IMG/VR virus record: IMGVR_UViG_3300031851_006073
Coordinates: 1-60,799 of that record
From: a virus
Taxonomy: Duplodnaviria > Caudoviricetes
Length of the DNA stretch: 60,799 nt
Reading direction: 5' to 3' (one strand)
Numbering within the stretch: the first letter of the stretch is position 1; every line of letters starts with the position of its first letter. The notes beneath the pieces were generated by a model, which had not been told where the DNA came from, did not search any database, and saw only the letters and a program-made list of their open reading frames with translations. Below are positions 1 through 9,521 of the stretch, piece by piece. The translations under genes and the position numbers were made by a program.

Positions 1-3000
1 TGTTACCAGCGGTGGGAAAATTAGTGTTGTAACTATTAATGACACCATCTGAATAGATATCCAATGATCTATTACCAGTATTGGACGGCTGTAAAGAAAC
101 TTTAGATCTTGTATTAGCCGCTTGACCACTAGTAAGGCTGCCGGCGACTTCAAGCTTTAGATCAGGATCTATAGTACCAATACCTACGTTGCCGCTGGAG
201 ACGATGCGCATCTTCTCATCCCCTCTGATGTTTAGGCGGATGTCTGAACCTAATCCTCCTGAACTGTCTTCATCTGCACCTATATACAGGCCATCACCAT
301 TAGGGCGAATCATGTGATAATAACTCTGTGAATCAACCGCTAACCGCAAGCCATCTAATCCTGTTGTGGAAAGATGAAGCTTAGAATCAGGATCCGTAAT
401 ACCAATACCGACGTTGCCGTCGGAGTCGCATGTGAGGGGAATATTTTTCAGAGAGCTGTCGTCATTAAGGTTGATTAATTGAAATTTCCCATCCCTAGCT
501 CTAAGAGCCTTGTATTTCTCATCAGCTGGAGCGTCTGCCTCCACCATAATTAAAGTTGCCTGAGTAGAACTACCAATAGCTAAGGAAGCTGCGCCATCAT
601 CATTATCAATATGAACTATTTTTCCTCCAAAATCAATAATTGGATCTAGGCTAGATCCGCCAGCATTAGAACCAGGACTTGCAGTACCAATACCGACATT
701 CCCGTCGGTATCTACAGTAATACCCTTTGGGCCTGAAACATTATTCCCAGATCCATATGCCCCTACTCCTAAATGGAATCCATTGCTATCTGCGCCCATC
801 CATGCAGAGCCTGAATTGCTTACGCTTCTACCCATTTGTAGTTGAACTCCAACATCTTTTTTAACTATGTCTAACGGAAAATCAGGAGTCGCAGTACCAA
901 TACCTACGTTGCCGTTTCCAGCAATAACCATAACTTCTTCAACATTTGAATTTGAAGCGAGATCATTATTGGCAGTTAAGAACGCTAACCCAACATCCTC
1001 TCCATCGCCAGAGAATTGTTTAGCTGCAATCGCCGCTTTTCTTCTTTGTGAAGAGCCATCTAAACGTGTAAAGCTTATAGCCCCACCATAAGCGCCATCG
1101 CTTGATGAATCGCTTGACTCAATAAAAATAGCTCCAGAATTATTTGTTTTACTGAAACTATCATTTTGCACAATATGTAAGCTTCCAACAGGACTCGTGG
1201 TACCAATACCTACGTTGCCGTCTCGATCAATACGCATAGCTTCATCAAGCGTTTCATCTTGTTGAGATACTTCAAAAACTAGCTCTGTACTTGTAGCGTT
1301 TTCTGTACCACCCTCTTTAACCGCTGCTATTCTTGCGCCTATTGCAGATGTTTCATAGTTGCCTACAGGAACTTTAAATAATATACCAAGCCCGTCTCCA
1401 GCTTGTAAGTCTTGCCCGCTTTTTTCTACCGCTTCTAAGGTCAATAAATTATCAATTGAATTCGTATCAGAATGAGTAGCTGTTATATGTAATTTGCTAG
1501 ATGGACTCGTAGTACCAATACCTACGTTGCCGTTGGAGTGCTTAATTGTTAATCTATTTGCGACAAAAGAATCTTCATCTGTCACTGTATCAATCTGGAA
1601 AAGAGAACCATTATTCCTTATTAGAGTGTTTAAATCTGTTTGATCATTTTCACTCAAAAATACTCTTGGTTGTGTACCCTCAAGCTTCATCGACGGAGTT
1701 CCACCAGCAATATGTAATTTAACATCAGGATTATCCGTGCCAATTCCTACATTGCCACCTTCAAATGCAAAACCCTTGTTCGACTGATATGTCAAACTAA
1801 CAGGTGACGCCGCACCAGCATCTCCAGTACCCCAAAGTATACCGGCATATGCACCACCAGCTCCAGGATATTCAGCGGTCAATTGATTGTGCCCTGTATT
1901 CGCCGCGATAACCAAATTGTGGTCTTCGATCTCCACAGTTTCTGTGTTGACAATAGTTTGCGTGCCATTGACAGTGAGATTTCCGCCAATAGTTAGATTG
2001 TCTACAGAAACATCGTCACCATCATAATAAATTGAGTTGCCGCCAGCACCAGTTTGCCAATAAACCTCTTTACCTCCAAAAGTGGTATGAATTTTATAAT
2101 TGTTAGCGGTAGGAATTGGATCGGAAAATACTGCATAATATCCGGTTGTAGAAACTCCAGATATAGCATAAGGAATAATATCCCCCTCAATAATCTCTAC
2201 GTCTGTAGAAATTGAAGGAACTGATTGGTAACCACCTTCAGGAGCATCAATAAATGAAATTGCTTGAATTGCAGATCCTTGATTCAACCAAGTATCAAAT
2301 GCACTTGGCACCTCACTTGATGAAGTAGCTCCACCACCACCAGGAGCGCTACCAGCAATCCATTTTGTTCCGTCCCATTTGATTACTTCATTAAAATCTG
2401 GACTTTGTCCACCAACTGCACCCAATGTAGAAACATTAAATTTATTGGCGACATTGATTCCTCCGTTTTCATTGTAAATTGTTCCATTTACATGTAAGCT
2501 ATAAGCGGGATCATTTGTGCCAATACCTACATTTCCGCTATTATAATAAATTTCTCCAGCGGTTAACGCATCCTCCCATTTTCCGGTTAACGCGGAACCT
2601 CCTTGTTCAGTCCCACCAAAAACAGTATGTATCTTGTAATTATTGTTTGGGATTTTTTTTGAAAAGATAAGATTGTATCCTGTTGTGGATACGCCAGAAA
2701 TAACATACGGAATGATTGATCCTTCGCCATCAATTTCCAATTCTGTAGCGATACGCGGTGCAGTATTATATGCATCAAGAAATGCAATTGATTGAATTGA
2801 TTGTCCGCTAATCAAGCTATTAATTAAAGAACTTGAAACTCCGCCACCACCAGCGCCATCACCAGCGCCACCACCACCAGGATTTTCACCAGCAACCCAT
2901 TTTGCGCCATCCCACTTTATGATATCATCAACCGAAGCAGGAGCAATTCCTCCAACAGCACCATTACTACCAAAATCAAATTCATCACGAATAGTAAAAC

Positions 3001-4012
3001 TGCCCTCAACATTTAACGAACCATTTACATCAAGCGCTGTGGCTGGATCTGTAGTTCCAATCCCCACATTTCCTTCCATATAATAAATTTCTCCAGCTTC
3101 TGAACTATCTTCCCATTTTCCCAAATCAGAAGAGGTTCCAGTTAATACAGGATTACCAGAAACGTAAAGACCTTTAGTAAAATTACCTTCTCCCAAAACA
3201 TCTAAGTCGAAAGAAGGATTGTTTGTGCCTATACCAACATAACCGTAATTATAAGATATTTCCTCATAGTTATAGACGTTAATCTCACCCTGCATAGAGC
3301 TAGGGTGACTTTCGCAATAATAAGTGTAAAGCCCCGTAGAAGTAGGAATAAAATTTGTTTCGCCGTTGGATTCATTAGCTACATCATTACCCTCAGAGTC
3401 TTTGATTGCTAAAGTGTGACCCCCTCCAATATTATCAAAAATTACAGCTTCTCCCAAAAAAACTTTCAAGGTGGGGTCTGCCCCGATAAAATCTTCAGAA
3501 AATACATAATTGTTGCCGTCTCCAGATATACTGACATTATAAATATTATTGACAGACTTAGGGCTTGATACCCAAATACTTCGGGAAATTTGAGATCTAA
3601 GAGCTACAGGCTCCCCATTAATAAAAACACCGCTTCCGAAAAGCCCGCTTCCATCTGCGCTAAGGTTGGTATTAAAATTCCAAGCATTATTAGAAGTTCG
3701 CCAATTAATTGTTTTATCGGTTAAACCTTTTAAAGAGATTCCTCCGCCGTCAACATCTTGATCAGAAACAGCTCCAACACCAAGTTCTATATTTTTATCA
3801 TCAATTTCAATAGTCGTTTGATTAAGTGTCCTGAAGTCTCCTTTGACGGTTAAGTTTCCATCTATTTGAGTATCTCCAGTCACATGAAAGTAAGATTGAG
3901 GAGTCGAAGTTCCGAACCCTATATTGCCTCCGCTAACACTAAGCAAAACTCCCGTTTCCTCGACAAATGAATTTTGCCCGCTTTTAATTAAATATAATTG
4001 ATTGATTGCCAT
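1..4012 (-). CDS. Long tail-fibre/receptor-binding protein, partial (>1337 aa, 3' end outside window)
   Basis: ATG at 4012 (MAINQLYLIKSGQNSF...). Frame spot-checked in phase at 3418, 3316, 193 and the window edge; absent from the ORF track because it has no stop in the window. About 11 GNVGIGT-type repeats, duplicated WDGxKWxAG and ...GVSTTGY modules, and an embedded cupredoxin-like motif. Confidence 0.85.
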   Translation of the reverse strand, partial: MAINQLYLIKSGQNSFVEETGVLLSVSGGNIGFGTSTPQSYFHVTGDTQIDGNLTVKGDFRTLNQTTIEIDDKNIELGVGAVSDQDVDGGGISLKGLTDKTINWRTSNNAWNFNTNLSADGSGLFGSGVFINGEPVALRSQISRSIWVSSPKSVNNIYNVSISGDGNNYVFSEDFIGADPTLKVFLGEAVIFDNIGGGHTLAIKDSEGNDVANESNGETNFIPTSTGLYTYYCESHPSSMQGEINVYNYEEISYNYGYVGIGTNNPSFDLDVLGEGNFTKGLYVSGNPVLTGTSSDLGKWEDSSEAGEIYYMEGNVGIGTTDPATALDVNGSLNVEGSFTIRDEFDFGSNGAVGGIAPASVDDIIKWDGAKWVAGENPGGGGAGDGAGGGGVSSSLINSLISGQSIQSIAFLDAYNTAPRIATELEIDGEGSIIPYVISGVSTTGYNLIFSKKIPNNNYKIHTVFGGTEQGGSALTGKWEDALTAGEIYYNSGNVGIGTNDPAYSLHVNGTIYNENGGINVANKFNVSTLGAVGGQSPDFNEVIKWDGTKWIAGSAPGGGGATSSSEVPSAFDTWLNQGSAIQAISFIDAPEGGYQSVPSISTDVEIIEGDIIPYAISGVSTTGYYAVFSDPIPTANNYKIHTTFGGKEVYWQTGAGGNSIYYDGDDVSVDNLTIGGNLTVNGTQTIVNTETVEIEDHNLVIAANTGHNQLTAEYPGAGGAYAGILWGTGDAGAASPVSLTYQSNKGFAFEGGNVGIGTDNPDVKLHIAGGTPSMKLEGTQPRVFLSENDQTDLNTLIRNNGSLFQIDTVTDEDSFVANRLTIKHSNGNVGIGTTSPSSKLHITATHSDTNSIDNLLTLEAVEKSGQDLQAGDGLGILFKVPVGNYETSAIGARIAAVKEGGTENATSTELVFEVSQQDETLDEAMRIDRDGNVGIGTTSPVGSLHIVQNDSFSKTNNSGAIFIESSDSSSDGAYGGAISFTRLDGSSQRRKAAIAAKQFSGDGEDVGLAFLTANNDLASNSNVEEVMVIAGNGNVGIGTATPDFPLDIVKKDVGVQLQMGRSVSNSGSAWMGADSNGFHLGVGAYGSGNNVSGPKGITVDTDGNVGIGTASPGSNAGGSSLDPIIDFGGKIVHIDNDDGAASLAIGSSTQATLIMVEADAPADEKYKALRARDGKFQLINLNDDSSLKNIPLTCDSDGNVGIGITDPDSKLHLSTTGLDGLRLAVDSQSYYHMIRPNGDGLYIGADEDSSGGLGSDIRLNIRGDEKMRIVSSGNVGIGTIDPDLKLEVAGSLTSGQAANTRSKVSLQPSNTGNRSLDIYSDGVINSYNTNFPTAGN

Positions 4013-4041
4013 TTTACCTAAAGTTTAACTTTGTTAGTTTA

Positions 4042-4046
4042 TACAC
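4042..4046 (-). promoter_or_regulatory. GTGTA phage promoter motif (tail fibre)
   Basis: tacac on + strand, 29 nt upstream of ATG 4012; same motif precedes ~17 genes. Confidence 0.5.
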
Positions 4047-4052
4047 CGTCAT

Positions 4053-4532
4053 TTAGTCTTTATGAATAGAAATATCTAAATGATTTCCTGTTTCTGATAT
4101 TCGATCTGAAAATGCTATATAAAACCCAGTTGTAGTTACATTGTACGTTGAATATGCATAAAAGTATTCTGAATCTTCTCCAACCCGCATAGAAGCTAAT
4201 ACTTGAGGCGGTGTAGAATAATTATTACTATTCCCGATGGATTGATAAGTGTAAGAGAGAGCGTTCATTCCGCTAGGTATGCTAAGTGATGTAGAAAAAG
4301 GTCTTTCGCTATTGACTACGTCACCTATAGTCTCTCCCAAGCTTCTAATTTTTACCCAATCTGTAGAATTATTTTCACCTGTTTTTTCGTAAATAAAACT
4401 CGTATCAGAATCTATATACTGAGAACCAACTACTCCCGCAGCTTTTGCGCTGCCAGAAGGATGGCCAAAGTCAGTAATTAAAGGCTTCCGTATACCTAAA
4501 TTGGCATTAACAAAAGTTTCGAACGCTCCCAT
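4053..4532 (-). CDS. Virion/fibre-associated protein with C-terminal H-type-lectin-like module
   Basis: C-terminus YSTPPQV...NVTTTGFYIAFSDRI resembles two modules inside the adjacent tail fibre. Confidence 0.55.
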   Translation of the reverse strand: MGAFETFVNANLGIRKPLITDFGHPSGSAKAAGVVGSQYIDSDTSFIYEKTGENNSTDWVKIRSLGETIGDVVNSERPFSTSLSIPSGMNALSYTYQSIGNSNNYSTPPQVLASMRVGEDSEYFYAYSTYNVTTTGFYIAFSDRISETGNHLDISIHKD

Positions 4533-4534
4533 TC

Positions 4535-6523
4535 TTAGCTCCCCTTATTACTATGAAATAAAATAGCTGAAGAATATAAATCTAAATTATGCTCGACAGA
4601 CAATTCTTGTATTTTATTAAAAACACCCAAAAACTCTATCTTCTCAGGACTAGATATACAATCCTCAAGCTTCTGGCTCCACTCTTTTTGATTAGAAGAT
4701 AAAACTACTGACTCGCAAAGCTCGTCAATCATATCAGATTCGCTTTTCTTAAGCTTGTTTTTCTTAAGTTTCTTTCGCATTTGTTTGTAACCCTCGTTCC
4801 TCAACTCCTCTGTTGCATAAATAATTTCTTGCAAATCTTTTCTAGAAAATAGCTCTCGACTTACGCTTTTATTTTGCTGCGGAACGCCAGAAGTACCAAC
4901 AGGCCTACCGACCTCTTGTTTAGGTTTCGCATCTTCATTTTCTACACCGAATTCAGGAGAAACCATGGGTACTCCACCAACAATAGGATTATACATACCT
5001 TTTTTTCTTTCTTGAATATATTTTTCCTGAGACAAAGACATTTCCTCTGGCCTCGGATAAGTCCCTTTTTCTAAAACATGCATTCCTTGCTCAGGAGTAA
5101 TTATACCAAGCTCCATTAATCGAGTCGCAACTCTTTGAAGCTGAACTTCATCCTTGATATCTGTTTGTTCAAACTTAACAGTAGGGTACTTTCTGAAGCC
5201 TAAATTTTGACAAATCATTTTTACTTGAGGCTGCAAAAAGTCATATATAAACGCATTTCTAGACTCCTCTAGTCTTTCCAGAAATATCTTAGCTTTTACC
5301 TGAGTATTGCTATATCTCTCATCGCCGACAATAACATTCTGTAAACCGTCCTTAATATCGTTATTAATAACTTCATATTTTGCAGGTCCCACAACCTTAC
5401 CAATATCAGGTATAACAAATTGAGCTTTGGTTGTATAATCGCTAACGAGAACCCGCCCAACGCTTTCGTTTTTAAACAAATTTTGCATAGCCTCCATATT
5501 GCGAGGATTAATACCTCCCTTATCTGGTTCGGCTCCCATGGTTATCAAAAGAATTACATTTTCAATCGTTCTGCATATAGCTTGATCAATCTGTTTTAAT
5601 TCTAGCTTGAAATTTATATCATCCAAAACTGGATAACCAAAAGGAACAGCGAAAGGCTCATAATCTTGTTTTTTATAAAATGAGTATACTAAATGCCCAG
5701 GATCTAATTTTATCCTTATTCCATCTGAATTATATTTACCATTTTTAATTTTCTCCTTAGTATCAGCGTCTAGAGCTTCATACACTTGTTGATCATATTC
5801 AGTCTTTGGATTTTTTAGTCTCTCAATATCATATTCAGACAATATTTTTTCATATAGCCCCGTTTCAAAAGAAGATCCTTTCGTCGCGACAATATCGTAA
5901 GGGTTTAATAAAATATATTTAACAGGTAATTTGCCAGGTTTTAGAGCTAATGAAGACCCATAAATTTTTGTCAGCTTATCGAAATCAGACTTAGAAAAAC
6001 TTCCATCTACTCGATATAAAAATATATTCCCACTCCTGTAATATTCTCTAAAATACTGATCTTTTAAATTCCACAAGTTAATTCTCTCAAACCATTTATA
6101 TACAAAATCTCGAGAGTTTTGAGTTCCGCCCTCTAAGTAAATGTTTGAATTTGCAAACTCTGACATAACATCAATTGCATTCCTGAACACAGCGATGTTT
6201 GCATAAGCTTTCTGACATAACTCTATAGTATCTCTTACATTAACTCCATCACTACCATAAACATATGGAAGCATCCCTCCTGATATATTTGAAAACCTAA
6301 ACTTTTTATCCGACTTATGAACTTTATTTCTTCTTGAAGCAAATTCGCCAGAAGGAGACTGGGTTCTGCTATAATCAGCAAAAGACTCCATATAATAAGG
6401 TTCTCCCGCTGAAGACGGAGAAACTGCATCTTTTTGCAAAAAGTCACTCAAATTACCCGAAGAAGCTTTGTCGAATTTTTTCCAATAATCAGAACGTTTT
6501 ACGTATTTTCTTTTGCTCATCAT
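4535..6523 (-). CDS. Probable portal protein
   Basis: 662 aa; portal-like helical N-terminal motifs (AVFRNAIDVMSEFA, FREYYRSGN) and stem helix (RNAFIYDFLQPQVKMIC); no other portal candidate in the window. Confidence 0.6.
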   Translation of the reverse strand: MMSKRKYVKRSDYWKKFDKASSGNLSDFLQKDAVSPSSAGEPYYMESFADYSRTQSPSGEFASRRNKVHKSDKKFRFSNISGGMLPYVYGSDGVNVRDTIELCQKAYANIAVFRNAIDVMSEFANSNIYLEGGTQNSRDFVYKWFERINLWNLKDQYFREYYRSGNIFLYRVDGSFSKSDFDKLTKIYGSSLALKPGKLPVKYILLNPYDIVATKGSSFETGLYEKILSEYDIERLKNPKTEYDQQVYEALDADTKEKIKNGKYNSDGIRIKLDPGHLVYSFYKKQDYEPFAVPFGYPVLDDINFKLELKQIDQAICRTIENVILLITMGAEPDKGGINPRNMEAMQNLFKNESVGRVLVSDYTTKAQFVIPDIGKVVGPAKYEVINNDIKDGLQNVIVGDERYSNTQVKAKIFLERLEESRNAFIYDFLQPQVKMICQNLGFRKYPTVKFEQTDIKDEVQLQRVATRLMELGIITPEQGMHVLEKGTYPRPEEMSLSQEKYIQERKKGMYNPIVGGVPMVSPEFGVENEDAKPKQEVGRPVGTSGVPQQNKSVSRELFSRKDLQEIIYATEELRNEGYKQMRKKLKKNKLKKSESDMIDELCESVVLSSNQKEWSQKLEDCISSPEKIEFLGVFNKIQELSVEHNLDLYSSAILFHSNKGS

Positions 6524-6529
6524 TTATGG

Positions 6530-6534
6530 TACAC
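6530..6534 (-). promoter_or_regulatory. GTGTA motif (portal)
   Basis: GTGTACCATAAATGATG on minus strand. Confidence 0.6.
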
Positions 6535-6599
6535 AAAAGTTAAAGTAAAGTCTACTAAAAGCCTAAAGTTAACTTTTAACTTTCAATAAAATAGGAACT

Positions 6600-6604
6600 G
6601 TGTA
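6600..6604 (+). promoter_or_regulatory. GTGTA motif
   Basis: 9 nt before ATG 6614. Confidence 0.6.
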
Positions 6605-6613
6605 TATATCAAT

Positions 6614-6790
6614 ATGTCTAAAGAGAAAAAGAAAATCTGCATCGTTTCTTCCGAAAATGGAGAAATGTCCGGGGAGGTCTTGAACCAATACGAAGAAATA
6701 GGAGGGCCAGAGGACGGCGCTATATTCGCAATTATAAGTTTGGAAAACGGGCAAACCCTTACTGTAAAAATACAAGAGCGCATAGACTAA
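6614..6790 (+). CDS. Small hypothetical protein (58 aa)
   Basis: MSKEKKKICIVSSENGEMSG...IQERID; below the ORF-track cutoff; preceded by GTGTA, so preferred over the overlapping antisense ORFs. Confidence 0.65.
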   Translation: MSKEKKKICIVSSENGEMSGEVLNQYEEIGGPEDGAIFAIISLENGQTLTVKIQERID

Positions 6791-6795
6791 TAACA

Positions 6796-6800
6796 GTGTA
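6796..6800 (+). promoter_or_regulatory. GTGTA motif
   Basis: 13 nt before ATG 6814. Confidence 0.55.
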
Positions 6801-6813
6801 ACATAAAGAACGC

Positions 6814-7038
6814 ATGAACGACCACTTAAATAATAAAAACTTTAGATACTCCAATGATAACAGAGAATTGGACTTCGCAGACCATGATTATCCATCCCAG
6901 CAATCAATAGATTCATTCTCCCAAAAAGGAGAAATGCAATTTTACTCAAATGACAATGGAGGGTATTACCCAAATTCAAATAGAGTAAATACCAATTATA
7001 TTGATCCCAAATCAAACACCAACTTTATAAAATTATGA
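6814..7038 (+). CDS. Hypothetical protein
   Basis: GTGTA upstream; ATGA overlap with next gene. Confidence 0.6.
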   Translation: MNDHLNNKNFRYSNDNRELDFADHDYPSQQSIDSFSQKGEMQFYSNDNGGYYPNSNRVNTNYIDPKSNTNFIKL

Positions 7039-9158
7039 TTTTCGCAATAACAACTTTAATTTCAGCTTTAAGCATATCTTTAATCGCAGCCTACTTCAGT
7101 ATAATTGGGCTTGCGACTATTTTTCCAGGATCCATAGAGGCTGTAATAGCTATGGGGGCAGCCCTAGAGATTGGAAAAATCGTCGCCGCAATCTGGCTTC
7201 ATAAAAACTGGAAATCCGCTCCTACCTCACTAAAGATATATTTATTTTCTGCGATTCTAGTCTTAATGGGCATCACAAGCATGGGGATATTTGGCTTCTT
7301 ATCTAAGTCACATATAGAGCACGAACAAAATAGCGTGAAAGCTAAAGCTCTCTCAGAACAAGTTGAAACAAAAATCAATAGAGAGCAAGAGTACATTCAG
7401 AGACAAAAAGAGCTTATCACTCGAAGCGAACAAAAGAATCAAAACCTATCAAACAAAAGCTCGGAAAATATAGATTTAGAACAGAAAAAAATTGAACAAC
7501 TAACTAAGCAACTCGAAAAAGACATAGAGCTTGATAATAAAATGCTCCTCCCAATTCAATCTAGAATAGATAAATTAAACGAAGAGCTAAACATGGTTAA
7601 AAACAAATCCGGTGGACTTTTCTCGAATAAGAAAAAGGAAATTGAGCAAATGGCCGCAGATCAATCGGAAGAGAGATTAGAGCTAAGCAAAAAGAAGACC
7701 GAAATACAAACTCGCATATCTAAGTTTAGAAACGAAACATCCACATTAATTTCTGAAATCAGAAAAAGAATACAAGATTATCAATCTATTGGATTTGAAA
7801 GTCCAGAAGATGTAGATTTAAAAATTGAAAAATTAAACCAAAACATATCTGAAGCCCTAAATAGAATAGATGAACTAGAGAGGCAAAAGTTTGATCTCGA
7901 TGACGGGTCGAGGCAGTTAGAGGCGGAAGTTGGGCCGGTGAAATATGTTGCAGAGTTAATAGCTGATTTCACAGGTATGGAGTTCGATATGGGCAAGGCC
8001 GTAAGGATAGTAATTATCATACTTATTTTTGTTTTTGACCCGCTCGCAGTATTATTAGTTCTAGCCGCACACATTAGCTTAAGTAAAAAATTCCCGAAAG
8101 CAATGGCGGACGATACAATTATTCTTGAAAAAATCGCCGAAGTAGAAGCTCAAAAAAAAGCGATTGAAAGCGAAGAAAATCAAATTTCTGAAAGAAAAAA
8201 AGACTTAGACCAAGAATTAAAAATAATAGAGCTAAAAGAAAACCAAGCAAAAAAATATCAAGAAGAAATATCTCAAAATAAAGAGGTTCTACGCAAACTC
8301 AAAATAGAGTCCCAGAAAGAGCTTCTCAAAAAAGAAGATACATCCCAGATAACAGAAGATCTTGAAGAGCTTATACGGCAAAAAGCCTGCGCAGAAAAAG
8401 AAATTGAAGAAATCAAAACAAAAAAACAAAACCTTCTTAATCGCGCAGACGAAACAATTAAAAGTGCAAAAGAAATAAAAACTGTATTAGGAAATCATAA
8501 AGAAAATAAAGAAAAAATAGAAGAGTTAAAATCAGAAATCTACTTAAATATAGAACAGTTCGAGAAAATAAAATTAAAAGCATCGTTAATGGAGAATGAA
8601 AATAAAGAGCTTTTATCTAAAAATAAAAAATTAACAGAAGATGATTTAAAATTAAAATCCAAAACAGAATCCATTAATATAGAAATAAAAGATTTAAAAT
8701 TAAAGTTAACAGAAACAGACTTCTTAAATAGTAAGCTAAATTCTGAAAACAAAGAACTTAAAAACAGAAAACTTCCTGACCCAAGCGAAAAACTTAAGCA
8801 AAAGTTAAATCAATTGATAGACTCAAAAAATAAATTGCTAGAAGAAAATTTGTTTATTAAAAAAGAAAAAACAAGAATAATAAAAGCGACATCAAAAGAC
8901 GGAATTTCTTTTGAACTCACAGCAAGCTCCTCAATGGGGGGAGACCACCAACTCCTTCAATCAAGAGAGTTTACAAAAAAAGAGGTCTCAACCTATTCAA
9001 ATATTTTCTTTGAGATTGATTTGGAGCATAAAGAAAAAGGGGCGACCCATTTAGAAAAGATTTTTGAGCAAAAAATAAGCAAGCTAATAAACCCAATGAC
9101 GAGCAACAAAAACTTCAATCAATTAAGGCCTAAATACAAGTTTATTCTTGACTCTTGA
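7035..9158 (+). CDS. Membrane-anchored long coiled-coil protein
   Basis: 3 N-terminal TM helices, E/K-rich coil, EAEVGPVKY motif, 4th TM (FVFDPLAV), second long coil. Confidence 0.75.
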   Translation: MIFAITTLISALSISLIAAYFSIIGLATIFPGSIEAVIAMGAALEIGKIVAAIWLHKNWKSAPTSLKIYLFSAILVLMGITSMGIFGFLSKSHIEHEQNSVKAKALSEQVETKINREQEYIQRQKELITRSEQKNQNLSNKSSENIDLEQKKIEQLTKQLEKDIELDNKMLLPIQSRIDKLNEELNMVKNKSGGLFSNKKKEIEQMAADQSEERLELSKKKTEIQTRISKFRNETSTLISEIRKRIQDYQSIGFESPEDVDLKIEKLNQNISEALNRIDELERQKFDLDDGSRQLEAEVGPVKYVAELIADFTGMEFDMGKAVRIVIIILIFVFDPLAVLLVLAAHISLSKKFPKAMADDTIILEKIAEVEAQKKAIESEENQISERKKDLDQELKIIELKENQAKKYQEEISQNKEVLRKLKIESQKELLKKEDTSQITEDLEELIRQKACAEKEIEEIKTKKQNLLNRADETIKSAKEIKTVLGNHKENKEKIEELKSEIYLNIEQFEKIKLKASLMENENKELLSKNKKLTEDDLKLKSKTESINIEIKDLKLKLTETDFLNSKLNSENKELKNRKLPDPSEKLKQKLNQLIDSKNKLLEENLFIKKEKTRIIKATSKDGISFELTASSSMGGDHQLLQSREFTKKEVSTYSNIFFEIDLEHKEKGATHLEKIFEQKISKLINPMTSNKNFNQLRPKYKFILDS

Positions 9159-9176
9159 TAAAAAATTCATTACTAT
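9148..9176 (+). promoter_or_regulatory. sigma70-type promoter (leaderless)
   Basis: TTGACT-N17-TACTAT; GTG start 6 nt after the -10. Confidence 0.65.
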
Positions 9177-9182
9177 GCTTAA

Positions 9183-9521
9183 GTGGCAAAGTTAAATAAA
9201 CGAAATTTAATTAAGAAGTTAGTAATCGAACCAAGCGGCCAAAAGCGCATGTTTTGGGCTAAAGAAATGAAGCTCCTCAATGATTTAATCGAGATTTTTC
9301 CCAAAGAGGTTTTTTGGGAGAGAATGAGCTTTGAAAAAGTCCCATCCCTTGCTGTTTTAAGGTCTGAACACGGACTTGTTAAATTAAAAAAACTATATAT
9401 GGAATTTAATTATATCATTCCGGAAAAAATAGAAATTCCCCTTGGAAATAAAACGGGAAAAGACAAAATTATCTCGAAAAAAACAAAAACAATACGACAA
9501 TTTATAGATGAGCAAAACTAA
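9183..9521 (+). CDS. Hypothetical protein (replication block)
   Basis: 112-aa ORF overlapping the start of recA. Confidence 0.7.
   Translation: MAKLNKRNLIKKLVIEPSGQKRMFWAKEMKLLNDLIEIFPKEVFWERMSFEKVPSLAVLRSEHGLVKLKKLYMEFNYIIPEKIEIPLGNKTGKDKIISKKTKTIRQFIDEQN

Noticed and set aside
867-2787. Short ORF-track ORFs at 867, 2002, 2479 and 2587
   Set aside because: Antisense or off-frame shadows of the long tail-fibre frame
170-3930. Tail-fibre repeats as a CRISPR array or DGR template/variable pair
   Set aside because: Repeats are in-frame coding motifs with irregular spacing of hundreds of bp; no reverse transcriptase and no adenine-specific mismatch pattern seen
6569-6783. Minus-strand ORFs 6569-6775 and 6583-6783
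   Set aside because: The plus-strand 58-aa ORF 6614-6790 has the GTGTA motif and fits the divergent layout better
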